From positions 192,324,001-192,388,000 of the forward strand of contig NC_091285.1 of NCBI RefSeq assembly GCF_032444005.1: a DNA stretch of 64,000 bases, in the 5' to 3' direction. The translations under genes and the position numbers were made by a program. Positions 40,209-52,672 of this stretch are shown piece after piece (within the stretch, counting starts at the first letter, position 1; each line of letters opens with the position of its first letter). Below the pieces are notes generated by a model. That model ran no database searches and had not been told where the DNA came from. It saw only the letters and a list, made by a program, of their open reading frames with translations. The DNA comes from Ranitomeya imitator. Lineage: Eukaryota.

Positions 40209-41431
40209 TTACAGCACAAAATCCCAAATTTCTGAGACCTATTTTCTTGGTTGTCTTAAGGGATGCTAAAAACTTGTATTATACTGTTATTAAATTTGTT
40301 GGGCTCAAAAATTGCTTATTGATGATTTCAAACTTCTTTATGCCTAAAATAAAATCCTGTGTGAGACAGATGATAAAATGTATGCAAAGTACTAATTGAA
40401 TCTTATCCTATTAATAATAACTATATCCAGCCATAATGATTAGTGTGGGTTTATGTTCAATCATTTTAACTTCTTTGCTGCTACTACTACTACATTAAAG
40501 TAATACAAATTGTAAGAGGTTTGACAATGTATAAACCAGTCAATGGGATGGTACTTGTGGACTTCTTCTTGGAAGGTTGTGACCAATCATGGTCACTTTC
40601 AGTCATCGATATGTGTGAGACGACCTTATGACCGCTCTCAGTATATGGAAGATGCTGTCAGATAATGTATTGTAAGTTGGATGGGAAGCAGAGAGGCCTC
40701 CAAAAATTATATTTGTTGCATCATGTAACGAGGCAGAATTATGGATTTTTGCTTTGCATTGCACACTGGAAATCAGAACCATTTTATAGAACAATACATC
40801 TAGATGGAGTTTTCAAACTAGTGTTTGTAAGCAGAGGCTCATATGACTGGTGGATTTTTCCTCCATGTCTTGGTTGTTGAAGTTCCTTGCAAATGTGGGT
40901 TTACTAGGGAAAAGAGAGTTCATATCCTACAAAACAGAACATATTTCATATTACATTACATGAAGAAAGAATTCCACCATTATCCACCTGGAGATATTTT
41001 TTTTAATGAAAATACTAATTATTACTTTATCCCTTAGGCCGGCCATACACATTAGATGGCTGTTGTCCAAACGATGTTTCAGCTGATTGTTCCAACAACA
41101 GTCATCACAGCCGACATTTCCTACACAGGAGTGCTCACTTGTCCGTTTGTTCTAATGTTCTCTATGAGAAAGCTGCCAGCTGACACGTTGACTGGCGGCT
41201 TATCTCAGTAAGAACAATGAGATCGGCAGTCCAAAATCAGACATGTGCGATCAACGTCACTCAGCCGGTGACCCCACACGTTGAACAGTCGGCTGAACCT
41301 GTCGATATCGGTGCATTCAGCCAACATTAGTCCAGGGTTGCCAACTTGACTTTTTATTTTTCCTGGATAATGCATCAAAATATCACAGTCAGACAATATT
41401 TTTTACAGACACATTGGAAAACCTTAATAAA

Positions 41432-42064
41432 TAGTGTTGAGCATTCCGATACCGCAAGTATCGGGTATCGGCCGATATTTGCGGTATCGGAATTCCGATA
41501 CCGAGTTCCGATATTTTTGCGATATCGGGAATCGGTATCGGGATGAAGATTGATGTGTAAAATAAAGAATAAAAATAAAAAATATTGATATACTCACCCT
41601 CGGACGCGCCCTGGTTGTAACCGCTGCAACCGCCATGCTTCTGTTCCTAAAAATGAGCGCGTGAAGGACCTTCGATGACGTCGCGGCTTGTGATTGGTCG
41701 CGTGAGCGGTCACGCGACCAATCACAAGCCGCGACGTCATCGAAGGTCCTTTATGCGCTCATTCTTAGGAAGGGAATCATGGCGGTTGCAGCGGTTACAA
41801 CCAGGGCGCGTCCGAGGGTAAGTATATCAATATTATTTATTTTTATTCTTTATTTTACACATGAATATGGATCCCAGGGCCTGAAGGAGAGTTTCCTCTC
41901 CTTCAGACCCTGGGAACCATAGAGGATACCTTCCGATATTTGTGTCCCATTGACTTGTATTGGTATCGGATATTGGTATCGGCGATATCCGATATTTTTC
42001 GGATATCGGCCAATACCATCCGATACCGATACTTTCAAATATCGGACGGTATCGCTCAACACTA
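41432..42064. mobile_element. hAT MITE with palindromic core, about 370 bp upstream of the last sncb exon
   Basis: TAGTGTTGAGC ... GCTCAACACTA with perfect 8-bp TSD TTAATAAA. Confidence 0.92.
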
Positions 42065-42435
42065 TTAATAAATCATTAAGATTATAAGTGATATGTGCCT
42101 ACAGCCCATAATTCTGATATAAAGACTTTAGCTGCTTTCACTGTGAACTATAAAATGATGATGATTACTGTCATAATAAGTACAAGTATCTTCAGCATCA
42201 AAAAAAAAGTCATGGACGCCCTAAATATTTTTTACAGACAGGGCAAAAATGTGCCCTATTTTTTACAGACTGTCCAGGAATTTTTGAAATGTTGGCAATC
42301 CTGTATTAGTTTATGTATGGATTACCCTAGTATTGGAGACTTTGTAAAGACTATGCAGCATATAAAAGGAATATATGGTGGAAATGTCTAATGTATTGTA
42401 TGTCTATTCTAAAACTGTTTTCTCCTACTTTACAG

Positions 42436-42468
42436 GATGATTACCAGGAATATGAGCCAGAAGCATAA
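42436..42468 (+). CDS. sncb: Beta-synuclein, last coding exon (DDYQEYEPEA-stop)
   Basis: CTACTTTACAG acceptor, then GAT GAT TAC CAG GAA TAT GAG CCA GAA GCA TAA. In phase with the 21974 exon; matches the SNCB terminus EEYQEYEPEA at 8 of 10 residues. Confidence 0.95.
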   Translation, partial: DDYQEYEPEA

Positions 42469-42975
42469 CATCCCTTCACTCTGGATCCAGCCACCAGCAG
42501 CATCAGCACAAAGATAGCTATGAAGATACTAAGAAGAAAATCCCCATATCCCTAACACCCTTTCCTATCCCAAGAGGAGTGTGGTCAACCCATTCTCTAT
42601 TCTCAAAAATTGAGCTCTTCCTCTACTCTACCTTCAGAGAGCCTCATGTGAAGTGGTTTTATGTATGGTAATCCTTAGCGTCGAGTCATAGTCCAAACAA
42701 ACTGGTGTTTAAATTAACAAAAAGCCCTTTGTAATGTATGAACCCATGAATGCATTGTATTTGTCTTTGCAGTCATAATGTCCCCCGGGAAATTATTTCT
42801 GTTTCCCTCCCAGAGAATAATTGCCGGGGGTTTTTGGTGAATTTTGTCTATCATAATTTTGTTCTGATGTGTCTTCTTGTTCAGTAGCAGAGGGGCCTGC
42901 AACCACCTGCAATTGAACCCAATGGTATTCTTTTGCGTCTACCTACATAAATAAAGCATGTTCTAACTTTTTATA
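42469..42975 (+). terminator. sncb: Probable sncb 3' UTR with AATAAA poly(A) signal at 42950-42955
   Basis: Non-repetitive sequence after the stop codon; AATAAA followed by a T-rich tract. The exact cleavage site is not determinable. Confidence 0.6.
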
Positions 42976-43392
42976 AAGAGATGGTGCGAAACACCTAAAA
43001 ATGTTTTTTCCTTCTTAACAAAATGACTGCCATAAATTTGTGCATTTGTCCTATGGCACTACGCTGGTCATTTGGTTGAGGAAAAAACAACCAAAAAAAA
43101 TGTAGTCGTGTATGACTGACCTTTTGAAATAGTTTATTCAGTGTTCTAATGTGATATTTATTTTGCTGTTGTTTTTATACGTATATACACATATCTAAAA
43201 ACATAAATGGGTGAACTTATTTGTGACTGTTCTATAAAGCAGATGAAAATCTGAGAATTCATGCAGAATATTTTCATTGTCCTTGTGTTCCAAATAATTT
43301 TGCAAAAGGAATAAAAAAAAAGAATTGCCGTAACCAAACTGTTATTAAACTCTTATTTTTGGGGGTATGTGAAAAATGCAGTGGGTAGTAAA

Positions 43393-46300
43393 TAGAGATG
43401 AGCGGTGTTCGAGTCGAACTGTTCGCCAATTTCAAATTCAAGCTGTTTTGGGCGGTGTTTGAGTCGTTCGACAAACCCGAACAATTTGCTTAAAATTCGG
43501 CGGTTCGAGATTGTTAGATAACTGTTCGTTCACCAAAAGCCTAACTTGTTTTGCACATTAAAACTGTTTATCATTGTTAATAGACTGTTTCAGTGTATAG
43601 TGGGCGGGGGATAGATCTGTGCTGAAATAACGCCGATCTCCATTTTTTTTCTTTCCCGCATTTACAGTGGGGCGGTGCAGTCTCTCAGCCTATCAGCAGT
43701 GCACACACACAGCAATGTGCATATGATGTACACAAGCAAGGGCATATGTCATTGGCTGTGTATTTCACATGTCCTCCTTGCCCTATAAGAACCAGCCATT
43801 TGCCCCGTCGCCACCATTTCCTCACTGCTGCAGCTTAGTGTTAGATGGCACCGCTGCTGCTGTGGGCGATATATAGACTAAGTGTTTTTTTTGGAGTGAA
43901 TTGTCAGAGAGATAGGTTTAGGGAGTCGGGACTAGTTGTAATATCAGCCCTTTTCAGGGTATGTTACAGCATAATATCAGCCCTTTTCAGGGTACGTTAC
44001 AGCAGTCCATAGCACTGTTTGCCAGGCAGGTCTGTGCCGGTGCTGTGCAAGTGTTTGTCACAGCATTTGGTGTAATCTAGCTCAGCCAATCCTTTTGGGC
44101 TAGTGGCATTGTCTGATAGTCATCTGAGTAGCCCGCCGGTGAAGCTAGCTACACCGCCTGTGTATCTCAAATTTACTGCATCTAACTCAGTTAATAGTTT
44201 TGGGCCTAGGAGCAGTGCCTCCACGTCAGCAGAGTAGCCCGCCTTTGAAACTAACTACACCGCCTGTGTATCTCAATTTTTACTGCATCTAATCAAGTTA
44301 ATAGTTTCGGGCCTAGGAGCAGTGTCTGCACGTCAGCAGAGTAGCCCGCCTGTGTGTATCTCTATTTTCACTGCATCGCCGATACCGATATCCGATACCA
44401 ATACAAGTCAATGGGACATCAAGTATCGGAAGGTATTCTCATGGTTCCCAGGGCCTGAAGGAGAAGAAACTCTCCTTCAGGCCCTGGGATCCATAGGGAT
44501 GTGTAAAATAAAGAATTAAAATAAAAAATATTGATATGCTCACCTCTCCGGCGGCCCCTGGACATCCCGCTGGTAACCGGCCGGCTTCTTTGTTTAAAAT
44601 GAGCGCCTTCAGGACCTGCGAATGACGTCATTCGCAGGTCCTTAATTCCTAGAATTAGGGGTTTTGTGAATGAGAATGACGTCGCGGCTTCTGATTGGTC
44701 GCGTGCCGGTCACATGGGCGGCACGCGACCAATCAGAAGCCGCGACGTCATTTGCAGGTCCTGAAGGCGCTCATTTTAAACAAAGAAGCCGGCCGGTTAC
44801 CAGCGTGATGTCCAGGGGCCGCCGGAGAGGTGAGCATATCAATATTTTTTATTTTAATTCTTTATTTTACACATCCCTATTGATCCGATACCGATAACCG
44901 ATACCACAAAAGTATCGGATCTCGGTATCGGAATTCCGATACCGCAAGTATCAGCCGATACCCGATACTTGCGGTATCGGAATGCTCAACACTAATGTCT
45001 ACTTCTTTTCGTGGACAATCTGATATGATCCCTTTCTTACGACCATCGCTACAAGCATCGCCAAAAATTCCAGATGAGGCACAAAAACAGCAGGTGATTG
45101 AACGGATATCAAGTGCTTGTTCAAGTGGGGTCTCCTCCATGTCAACTTCAACATCACAACTACTCCAGTGCTCAGAGTTGCCACCCCAATCGCACTTGCT
45201 TCCTCACAGCTCCCATGTCTCCAGCTGCCCGTCTGAGCATGGGGTAACACATATGGTTGAGTCTGTAGAGGTGTTTGCGCATACTATAGCCTGGGAATCA
45301 GAGGTCTGCTCCAGAGCTTCAGTGAATCCAGACGAGGAAATGATCTGCACTGATGCCCAGAATCTTTGTGAGTCGGATCCAGGCCCAGATGAAGAAGGTT
45401 CTGAGCATAATGTAGACCCTTGTTCCCAAACTGTAACTCCTGTTGGTGGAGACAATGAGGAGCAAGATGATGATGAGACTGAGATACCTGATTGGAACGA
45501 AAACTTGACTTTTCGGTCGGGGCAGAAAGAGGTTGGCTCTGAGGATGACTGGTGTGAGAACACACAGGATGATGAAGACAAGGTTGTAGACCCCACTTAC
45601 TGTCAACCGCCAGTCCATGAGGTCAGCAGAGGAGGTGGAGAAGGATGCTAGAGACCAGTCTGACAACAAGGTAACGGTGCGCCTTCCTGGACAGAGACGG
45701 AGTACTGGAATCACGTCAACAACTGCATCCTCAACCCCAACTGTGCCTCAGACCAGAAGTCGTGGTGGCTCTTCAGGTCGCACGGGCTCTAAGCCTTGCA
45801 TAGCCTGGGTATTTTTTGACATCGCAAAGGATGACCCAATTCATGTTGTCTATAAGATTTGTCAACAAAAGCTAGTGATTTTTTGGCCTCTACTGAGATT
45901 GAGTACTTCATGAATGAACCGTCACATGGATATGAGGCATAAGTTGCAGTGGGAAGCTCACTGTGCTACAATGCGGCCTAGTGGGCCAGGTCAACCACTG
46001 TCTGCCCTATCAAGTGCATCCACATCCTCTTCATCTTCTGTGACTGTGGGGACAGCAGTTGCACATGGTTTTAGATGCAGACCTTCCACCTCTTTACCCA
46101 CAACAGCCAGTGTGATTGGCAGGTCGTCAGGACATTTGCAAGTGGAAACACCTGCTGGTGTTGAGCGTTCTCCGACATCGACACCATATTTTGATCAAGA
46201 CAACATAACATCTCCGCCTGCACCTTCCTCACAGACCAGCAGTTTGCCGGGGACACCCTACTCAACTCCGTCTAAGCACGGCAGCCAGCCCTCAGTCCTT

Positions 46301-48340
46301 CAGATGTGGACAAGTAAAAGACCATTTCCTCCTAGCCATGACAAAGCTAAGAGGTTGAATTTCGCCATCTGCAAGCTGTCGGCTACAGAAATGCTACCTT
46401 TCCGCCTGGTGGACACAGAGGATTTTTGAGACCTTATGTCCGTCGCAGTGCCCCAGTACCAGATGCCCAGTCGCCACTACTTCTCAAAGAAAGCTGTGCC
46501 TGTGCTACACCAGAATGTCGCACACAACATCACCGCTTCCTTGAGAAACTCTGTGTGTGACAGGGTGCATTTCACCACAGACACTTGGACGAGTAGACAT
46601 GGACAGGGGCGTTACATGTCGATGACTGGGCACTGGGTAACTACGGCGACATTAGGAGAAGGGGCTGCTGTCCAAGTCTTGCCGTCACCATGAGTTGCTC
46701 CTCGATCCTCTGTATCTAGAAGTTCCTCCACTGCTTCTGCCTCCTCAACCTCCTCTCGGTCCTCCACCTGCACCCACAGCCTGTCTGGTAATGCCACCCG
46801 CGTTGTAACTGTGCAGAAGGAATCCTGCACACCTCCTCACTATGCTGTCACCAGGGCTCAATGGCATCAGGCAGTGTTTACATTGAAATGTCTGGGAAAT
46901 GTGAGTCACACAGCTGAGGAGTTGTGGTCCGCTATGGAGACCGAGTTCCATCAATGGTTGTCTCCACTCAACCTGCAGCCAGGGAAGACTGTGTGCGACA
47001 ATGCTGCAAACCTGGGTGCGGCCCTTCACTGTGGCAATGTCACACATGTGCCTTGTATGGCTCACGTTTTGAACCTGGTTGTCCAGCAATTTTTATCCCA
47101 CTATCCCGGACTAGATGGGCTGCTGCAGAGGGCATGGTCGCTGTGTGCTCACTTCCGCCGTTCGCATCCAGCAGCTCGATGACTTGCTTCTCTACAGAAG
47201 TCGTTGGGCCTGCCAGTTCACCGGCTGAAATGCGATGTGCCCACACAGTGGAATTCAACTCTGCACATGTTGCAGCGACTGTGGCAGCACCGACGAGCCC
47301 TGGTGCAATACGTTATGACGTATAGCCTGGGCCAACGAGATCAAGAGTTGGGGCAAATCACGCTGCAGGAGTGGTCTCAGATCAGGGACCTATGCACCCT
47401 TCTGCACAGTTTAGAAATAGCGATGAAGATGTTTAGTGCTGACGATGCCATTATCAGCATGACCAGTCCGGTGATTTACATGCTGGAGCACACCTTACAC
47501 ATTGTTCGGAGTCAGGTGGTGGAACAAGAGGAGGAAGAGGAGGAACAGGAGGAGTCGTATGCGGAAGGGATCATATCTCCAAGGTCAAGAAGGTTGGCAG
47601 CACCAAGGCAGCTGGCATTGGAGACTGGGGGAAAGGGATTACCGAGGGCGCATAGTAGCAGCCAAACTGTTGAGGAAGGTGCAGGAGGCGAGGAAGAAGT
47701 GGAGGACGAACTGGCGCTGGGCATGGAAGACTCATCAGATGAGGGAGACCTTGATCAAATTTCTGTTGTGTGAGGTTGGGGGGAGAGGGCTGACAAAGGA
47801 AGCATGATTCTCACCTCACCACCACCAAGACAACAAGGACTTGGTCCTCCTGGATGCGCAAGACACATGAGTGCCTTCTTGCTGCACTACCTGCAACATG
47901 ATCCTCGGAATGTCAGAATCCGAAGTCATGCTGACTACTGGGTTGCCACATTCTTAGATCCCCGGTACAAAAGCAAATTTGGCGAAATAATTCCTGCCAT
48001 AGAAAGGGATTCACGCATACAGGAGTATCAGCAGAGACTGTTACAGAATTTAACATCTGCTTTTCCACAAAACCCCAGTGGTGCACGTAGTGAGTCTTTG
48101 AGTTCTAACTTGCCAACCGTGGGACTATCGAGTCATCCCTCAAACCGTAACATCGTATCTGGTGGTAACAGCAATTTTTTCCAATCGTTTCAAGATTTTA
48201 TTTTTAGACCATCCTGTGCAAGGCCACAGGAGACAAGAAGTCTGACGCACAGCCAACGCCTAGAGAGGATGGTACAAGAGTATCTCCAAGTTAACATCGA
48301 TGCCATGACTGTGGAACTGGGCCCTTGCTCATATTTCTGC
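43393..48340 (+). mobile_element. Decayed, 3'-truncated hAT transposon with BED-finger transposase pseudogene
   Basis: Left TIR TAGAGATGAGCG; ATTGG and TATAAG at about 43750-43790. Broken ORFs contain AWVFFDIAKDDP..CQ..MNRHMDMRH (BED-like), FTTDTWTS, CDNAAN, CMAH and TQWNST. Confidence 0.9.
44376..44994. mobile_element. hAT MITE (family of 41432) nested in the large hAT, opposite orientation, one end truncated
   Basis: Ends GGTATCGGAATGCTCAACACTA; palindromic TGACGTC/ATTGG core. Confidence 0.85.
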
Positions 48341-49446
48341 TGACGATGTCATGTGAGGGTTTGTTTTTTTGCAGGACGAGTTTACATTTTTATTGGTACC
48401 ATTTTTGGTATCATGGCATTTTTGGATCGCTTTCTATTCTGTTTTTTGGGATGCAGAATAATCAAAAAACAACAATGCAGAAATTCTTTTTTGTGTTTTT
48501 TTTTTTTATGCCGTTCCACATGTGGTAAAATTAATAGTAGCTACACTTTGAAATGCGTAGAGAAATAAAAGAAAACTTTTTTTTACATTATCTCCAGCAT
48601 TTGATATTTCTTTATCACCTGGCAGTGTGGATACAGACCACAAACTTTCCATTTCTTACATATTTCTCTGGTGAAATTACCCGTGGATCTGCAGTAGCCA
48701 TACAACCTGGGATCAGGTCAGCATATATTGATACCATTTTTAGTAATAAGGGTAAGACCCTATTTTGCGCAATTTTTCCTCCTCAACTTTTTATATTTCT
48801 TTTTTTAGTCTATGTTATTTTAAGTAATTTCCCTATCCTCATTAGTTTGCAGGGCAATTATCCTGCTCTTATATCCACAGAAACTAAGTGAACAAAATAG
48901 CAGACACAAATTACAAATAGAAAATATAAAAAATATATAAAACATATATAGTAACAGATGTAATCATATGGCTGCTATAACATGAGAATGGCAAACCATT
49001 CGGACTAATGGTAGAAAGACTAGACCCCAGAGATGAAAATCAAACGTATATGATAGTATATCAAATAACGAAAGGCAAGTATGTTGTAACAATATAATAT
49101 ATCTTTATTAAATTATAAAAGGTGGCACTACAAAGATGTGCCTGTGCTTGGAGACATAAATATAGAATAAATAAATGTGCTATCAAAATGGCCTATAAAA
49201 CGGAAATATTCCAATATCTATAGCACAAAAAAGTGAGCGGACACAACAGAAGGTAGAATAGCAATATTAATAAAAAGCCACTAAATCACCTGGACCTAAG
49301 GCGTGCAAAGATGCACGTAAATGCACCCATATGCATGTAATCACAGAGGGGGGCCTAAAAGTAAAAAACTAAATGCTGTAGGGTAAAATCAAAAGAGGTG
49401 CAAAGTGCTAACAGTATGTATACACACACAATGTAGAAAATATATA

Positions 49447-51058
49447 CAGGTCCTTCTCAAAAAATTAGCATATAGTGTTAAATTTCATTATTTACCATAA
49501 TGTAATGATTACAATTAAACTTTCATATATTATAGATTCATTATCCACCAACTGAAATTTGTCAGGTCTTTTATTGTTTTAATACTGACGATTTTGGCAT
49601 ACAACTCCTGATAACCCAAAAAACCTGTCTCAATAAATTAGCATATCAAGAAAAGGTTCTCTAAACGACCTATTACCCTAATCTTCTGAATCAACTAATT
49701 AACTCTAAACACATGCAAAAGATACCTGAGGCTTTTATAAACTCCCTGCCTGGTTCATTACTCAAAACCCCCATCATGGGTAACACTAGCGACCTGACAG
49801 ATGTCAAGAAGGCCATCATTGACACCCTCAAGCAAGAGGGTAAGACCCAGAAAGAAATTTCTCAACAAATAGGCTGTTCCCAGAGTGCTGTATCAAGGCA
49901 CCTCAATGGTAAGTCTGTTGGAAGGAAACAATGTGGCAGAAAACGCTGTACAACGAGAAGAGGAGACCGGACCCTGAGGAAGATTGTGGAGAAGGACCGA
50001 TTCCAGACCTTGGGGAACCTGAGGAAGCAGTGGACTGAGTCTTGTGTGGAAACATCCAGAGCCACCGTGCACAGGCGTGTGCAGGAAATGGGCTACAGGT
50101 GCCGCATTCCCCAGGTAAAGCCACTTTTGAACCATAAACAGCGGCAGAGGCGCCTGACCTGGGCTACAGAGAAGCAGCACTGGACTGTTGCTAAGTGGTC
50201 CCAAGTACTTTTTTCTGATGAAAGCAAATTTTGCATGTCATTCGGAAATCAAGGTGCCAGAGTCTGGAGGAAGACTGGGGAGAAGGAAATGCCAAAATGC
50301 CTGAAGTCCAATGTCAAGTACCCACAGTCAGTGATGGTGTGGGGTGCCATGTCAGCTGCTGGTGTTGGTCCACTGTGTTTCATCAAGGGCAGGGTCAATG
50401 CAGCTAGCTATCAGGAGATTTTGGAGCACTTCATGCTTCCATCGGCTGAAATGCTTTATGGAGATGAAGATTTCATTTTTCAGCACGACCTGGCACCTGC
50501 TCACAGTGCCAAAACCACTGGTAAATGGTTTACTGACCATGGTATTACTGTGCTCAATTGGCCTGCCAACTCTCCTGACCTGAACCCCATAGAGAATCTG
50601 TGGGATATTGTGAAGAGAAAGTTGAGAGACGCAAGACCCAACACTCTGGATGAGCTTAAGGCCGCTATTGAAGCATCCTGGGCCTCCATAACATCTCAGC
50701 AGTGTCACAGGCTGATTGCCTCCATGCCACGCCGCATTGAAGCAGTCATTTCTGCCAAAGGATTCCCGACCAAGTATTGAGTGCATAACTGAACATTATT
50801 ATTTGATGGTTTTTTTGTTTGTTATTAAAAAACACTTTTATTTGATTGGATGGGTGAAATATGCTAATTTATTGAGACAGGTTTTTTGGGTTATCAGGAG
50901 TTGTATGCCAAAATCATCAGTATTAAAACAATAAAAGACCTGACAAATTTCAGTTGGTGGATAACGAATCTATAATATATGAAAGTTTAATTGTAATCAT
51001 TACATTATGGTAAATAATGAAATTTAACACTATATGCTAATTTTTTGAGAAGGACCTG
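49447..51058 (+). mobile_element. Full-length Tc1 transposon (1612 bp, IR/DR type)
   Basis: TA|CAGGTCCTTCTCAAAAAATTAGCATAT ... ATATGCTAATTTTTTGAGAAGGACCTG|TA. TIRs ~200 bp with only two mismatches seen. Confidence 0.96.
49776..50780 (+). CDS. Intact-looking Tc1 DD34E transposase (334 aa from MGNTSDL)
   Basis: Paired-like HTH, GRK motif, FSDESKF, FQHDLAPAH and NSPDLNPIE with D-34-E spacing; no stops or frameshifts. Confidence 0.92.
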   Translation: MGNTSDLTDVKKAIIDTLKQEGKTQKEISQQIGCSQSAVSRHLNGKSVGRKQCGRKRCTTRRGDRTLRKIVEKDRFQTLGNLRKQWTESCVETSRATVHRRVQEMGYRCRIPQVKPLLNHKQRQRRLTWATEKQHWTVAKWSQVLFSDESKFCMSFGNQGARVWRKTGEKEMPKCLKSNVKYPQSVMVWGAMSAAGVGPLCFIKGRVNAASYQEILEHFMLPSAEMLYGDEDFIFQHDLAPAHSAKTTGKWFTDHGITVLNWPANSPDLNPIENLWDIVKRKLRDARPNTLDELKAAIEASWASITSQQCHRLIASMPRRIEAVISAKGFPTKY

Positions 51059-51529
51059 TATGTGCATCCAGTACCTTCTGGTGCATACAATATGTTGTTT
51101 AGTTGAAATGGACTTCCCATCATATGACCACTAGGATCATCTTCATTAGTGTGGAATATTATGTTTTTGTGTGTATATTTTTCTGTGCTATTTTATGGCC
51201 CATATATTTTTCCAGTATTGTCCACGCTTCAACTATGCAGTTTATGCAGCTTATGCAATCTATTAGATACGGACCCACGGATGTATAATATGTATTGTCG
51301 GATTTATTTCTGTATTTTTCCATATTCTTCTCTGCTTTGTTATCCTTATGTCTTTTTAGTAGTATCATTTTTTCCTGGTATTCGTGGGTATTCGTAATGT
51401 ATGCCAATGTATGCCAAATCAGCTGCTGTAGTATTTGAGCATCATCGCATATCTATTCAGGTCTCCTCCATTGTTTCGTTTTGATCTCCCCTTTACTTAC
51501 ATCAGTTCTTACCTACACGCCCATGTCTG

Positions 51530-51725
51530 TGGGCGGCCGCTGTGCGCGTGCGCTGCCTGTGTCCCGGGATGTGTGCATCCAGCGTCCTTGTTGCCTGGAC
51601 AGCGATCTTTTGCTGCCGGGTTGCGTGACGCTGGCGCTGCACACTTCCGGGTCCTCCTGGCTGCGCATGCGCCATTGTGCGTCTGCTCCGGTCATCGGCG
51701 GTTATGCTGTGTGTATATATAAGCC
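51530..51725 (+). promoter_or_regulatory. CpG-rich promoter-like stretch ahead of the hammerhead
   Basis: CACTTCCGG (ETS/GABP-like), GCGCATGCGC (NRF1-like) and TATATATAAG about 25 nt before helix I. Motif match only. Confidence 0.5.
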
Positions 51726-51745
51726 CTCCGGTCCCTCCATCACAA

Positions 51746-51788
51746 CACTCCCTGACGAAGGAGTATATCCGAAACGCGCATCGGGGTG
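51746..51788 (+). ncRNA. Minimal type I hammerhead ribozyme motif (probably one inactivating substitution)
   Basis: CACUCC-CUGACGA-A-GGA guaua UCC-GAAA-CGCGCA-UC-GGGGUG. Helix I is CACUCC/GGGGUG. Helix III would be the palindrome ACGCGCGU if 51780 were G. Confidence 0.78.
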
Positions 51789-52521
51789 CGCTGTGCTTGG
51801 AGCGAACGGACCTTGACAGGTAGTGACTTATTGTCTCTATTTGGGCATTTCTAGATATATACATCACTTGGAACCGGGCGGACTCTGGTGCAGGGTTTAG
51901 GCACATATTGTGCTGTTTCCACAGACGGATTCAGGCTCTCACATTTTATTCATTATTTGTTTGGATATATTATACGCTTATAGCGGTTTATATTGCACTG
52001 TTGCACTTTTTGTAGTATTCCACACATATTTGTGATGTAATGCACATATATATTTTCTACATTGTGTGTGTATACATACTGTTAGCACTTTGCACCTCTT
52101 TTGATTTTACCCTACAGCATTTAGTTTTTTACTTTTAGGCCCCCCTCTGTGATTACATGCATTTACGTGCATCTTTGAACGCCTTAGGTCCAGGTGATTT
52201 AGTGGCTTTTTATTAATAATGCTATTCTACCTTCTGTTGTGTCCGCTCACATTTTTGTGCTATAGATATTGGAATATTTCCGTTTTATAGGCCATTTTGA
52301 TAGCACATATTTATTTATTCTATATTTATGTCTCCAAGCACAGGCACATCTTTGTAGTGCCACCTTTTATAATTCAATAAAGATATATTATATTGTTACA
52401 ACATACTTGCCTTTCTTTATTTGATATACTATCATATACGTTTGATTTTCATCTCTGGGGTCTAGTCTTTCTACTATTCTTATATCCACAGTTAGTTTCC
52501 CTTTGCATCCCCTAGCTCTTA

Positions 52522-52672
52522 CTATGACCAATTTTCACCCATTTTAAAGCACCGAAGTTTGAGTCCCCATTGACTTCTACTAATTTCTGGTTTGGGGTCA
52601 AGTTCGGATTCAAACTGAACTTTTAACTTTAGGTTGGCCGAACCCGAACATCCACGGGTCCGCTCATCCCTA
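52522..52672. mobile_element. Orphan right end of a hAT MITE
   Basis: CCCATTGACTT...CCGCTCATCCCTA terminus; no matching TSD found. Confidence 0.6.

Larger units (their letters stand above)
48881..52477 (+). mobile_element. Penelope-like (PLE) pseudo-LTR insertion with an inverted terminal segment, interrupted by a Tc1
   Basis: 14-bp direct repeat TCTTATATCCACAG at 48867-48880 and 52478-52491. About 49010-49446 is the reverse complement of about 52045-52475. Contains a CpG-rich stretch, TATA and a hammerhead motif. No PLE ORF seen, so the class is inferred. Confidence 0.72.

Noticed and set aside
44995-45651. 218-aa acidic ORF as a host gene
   Set aside because: It lies inside the hAT directly upstream of the BED-like segment; most likely the low-complexity N-terminus of the transposase.
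43393-52672. Pairing TIRs at 43393 and 52672 as one 9.3-kb hAT
   Set aside because: Flanking 8-mers (GTAGTAAA versus CTCGCAAT) do not form a TSD.
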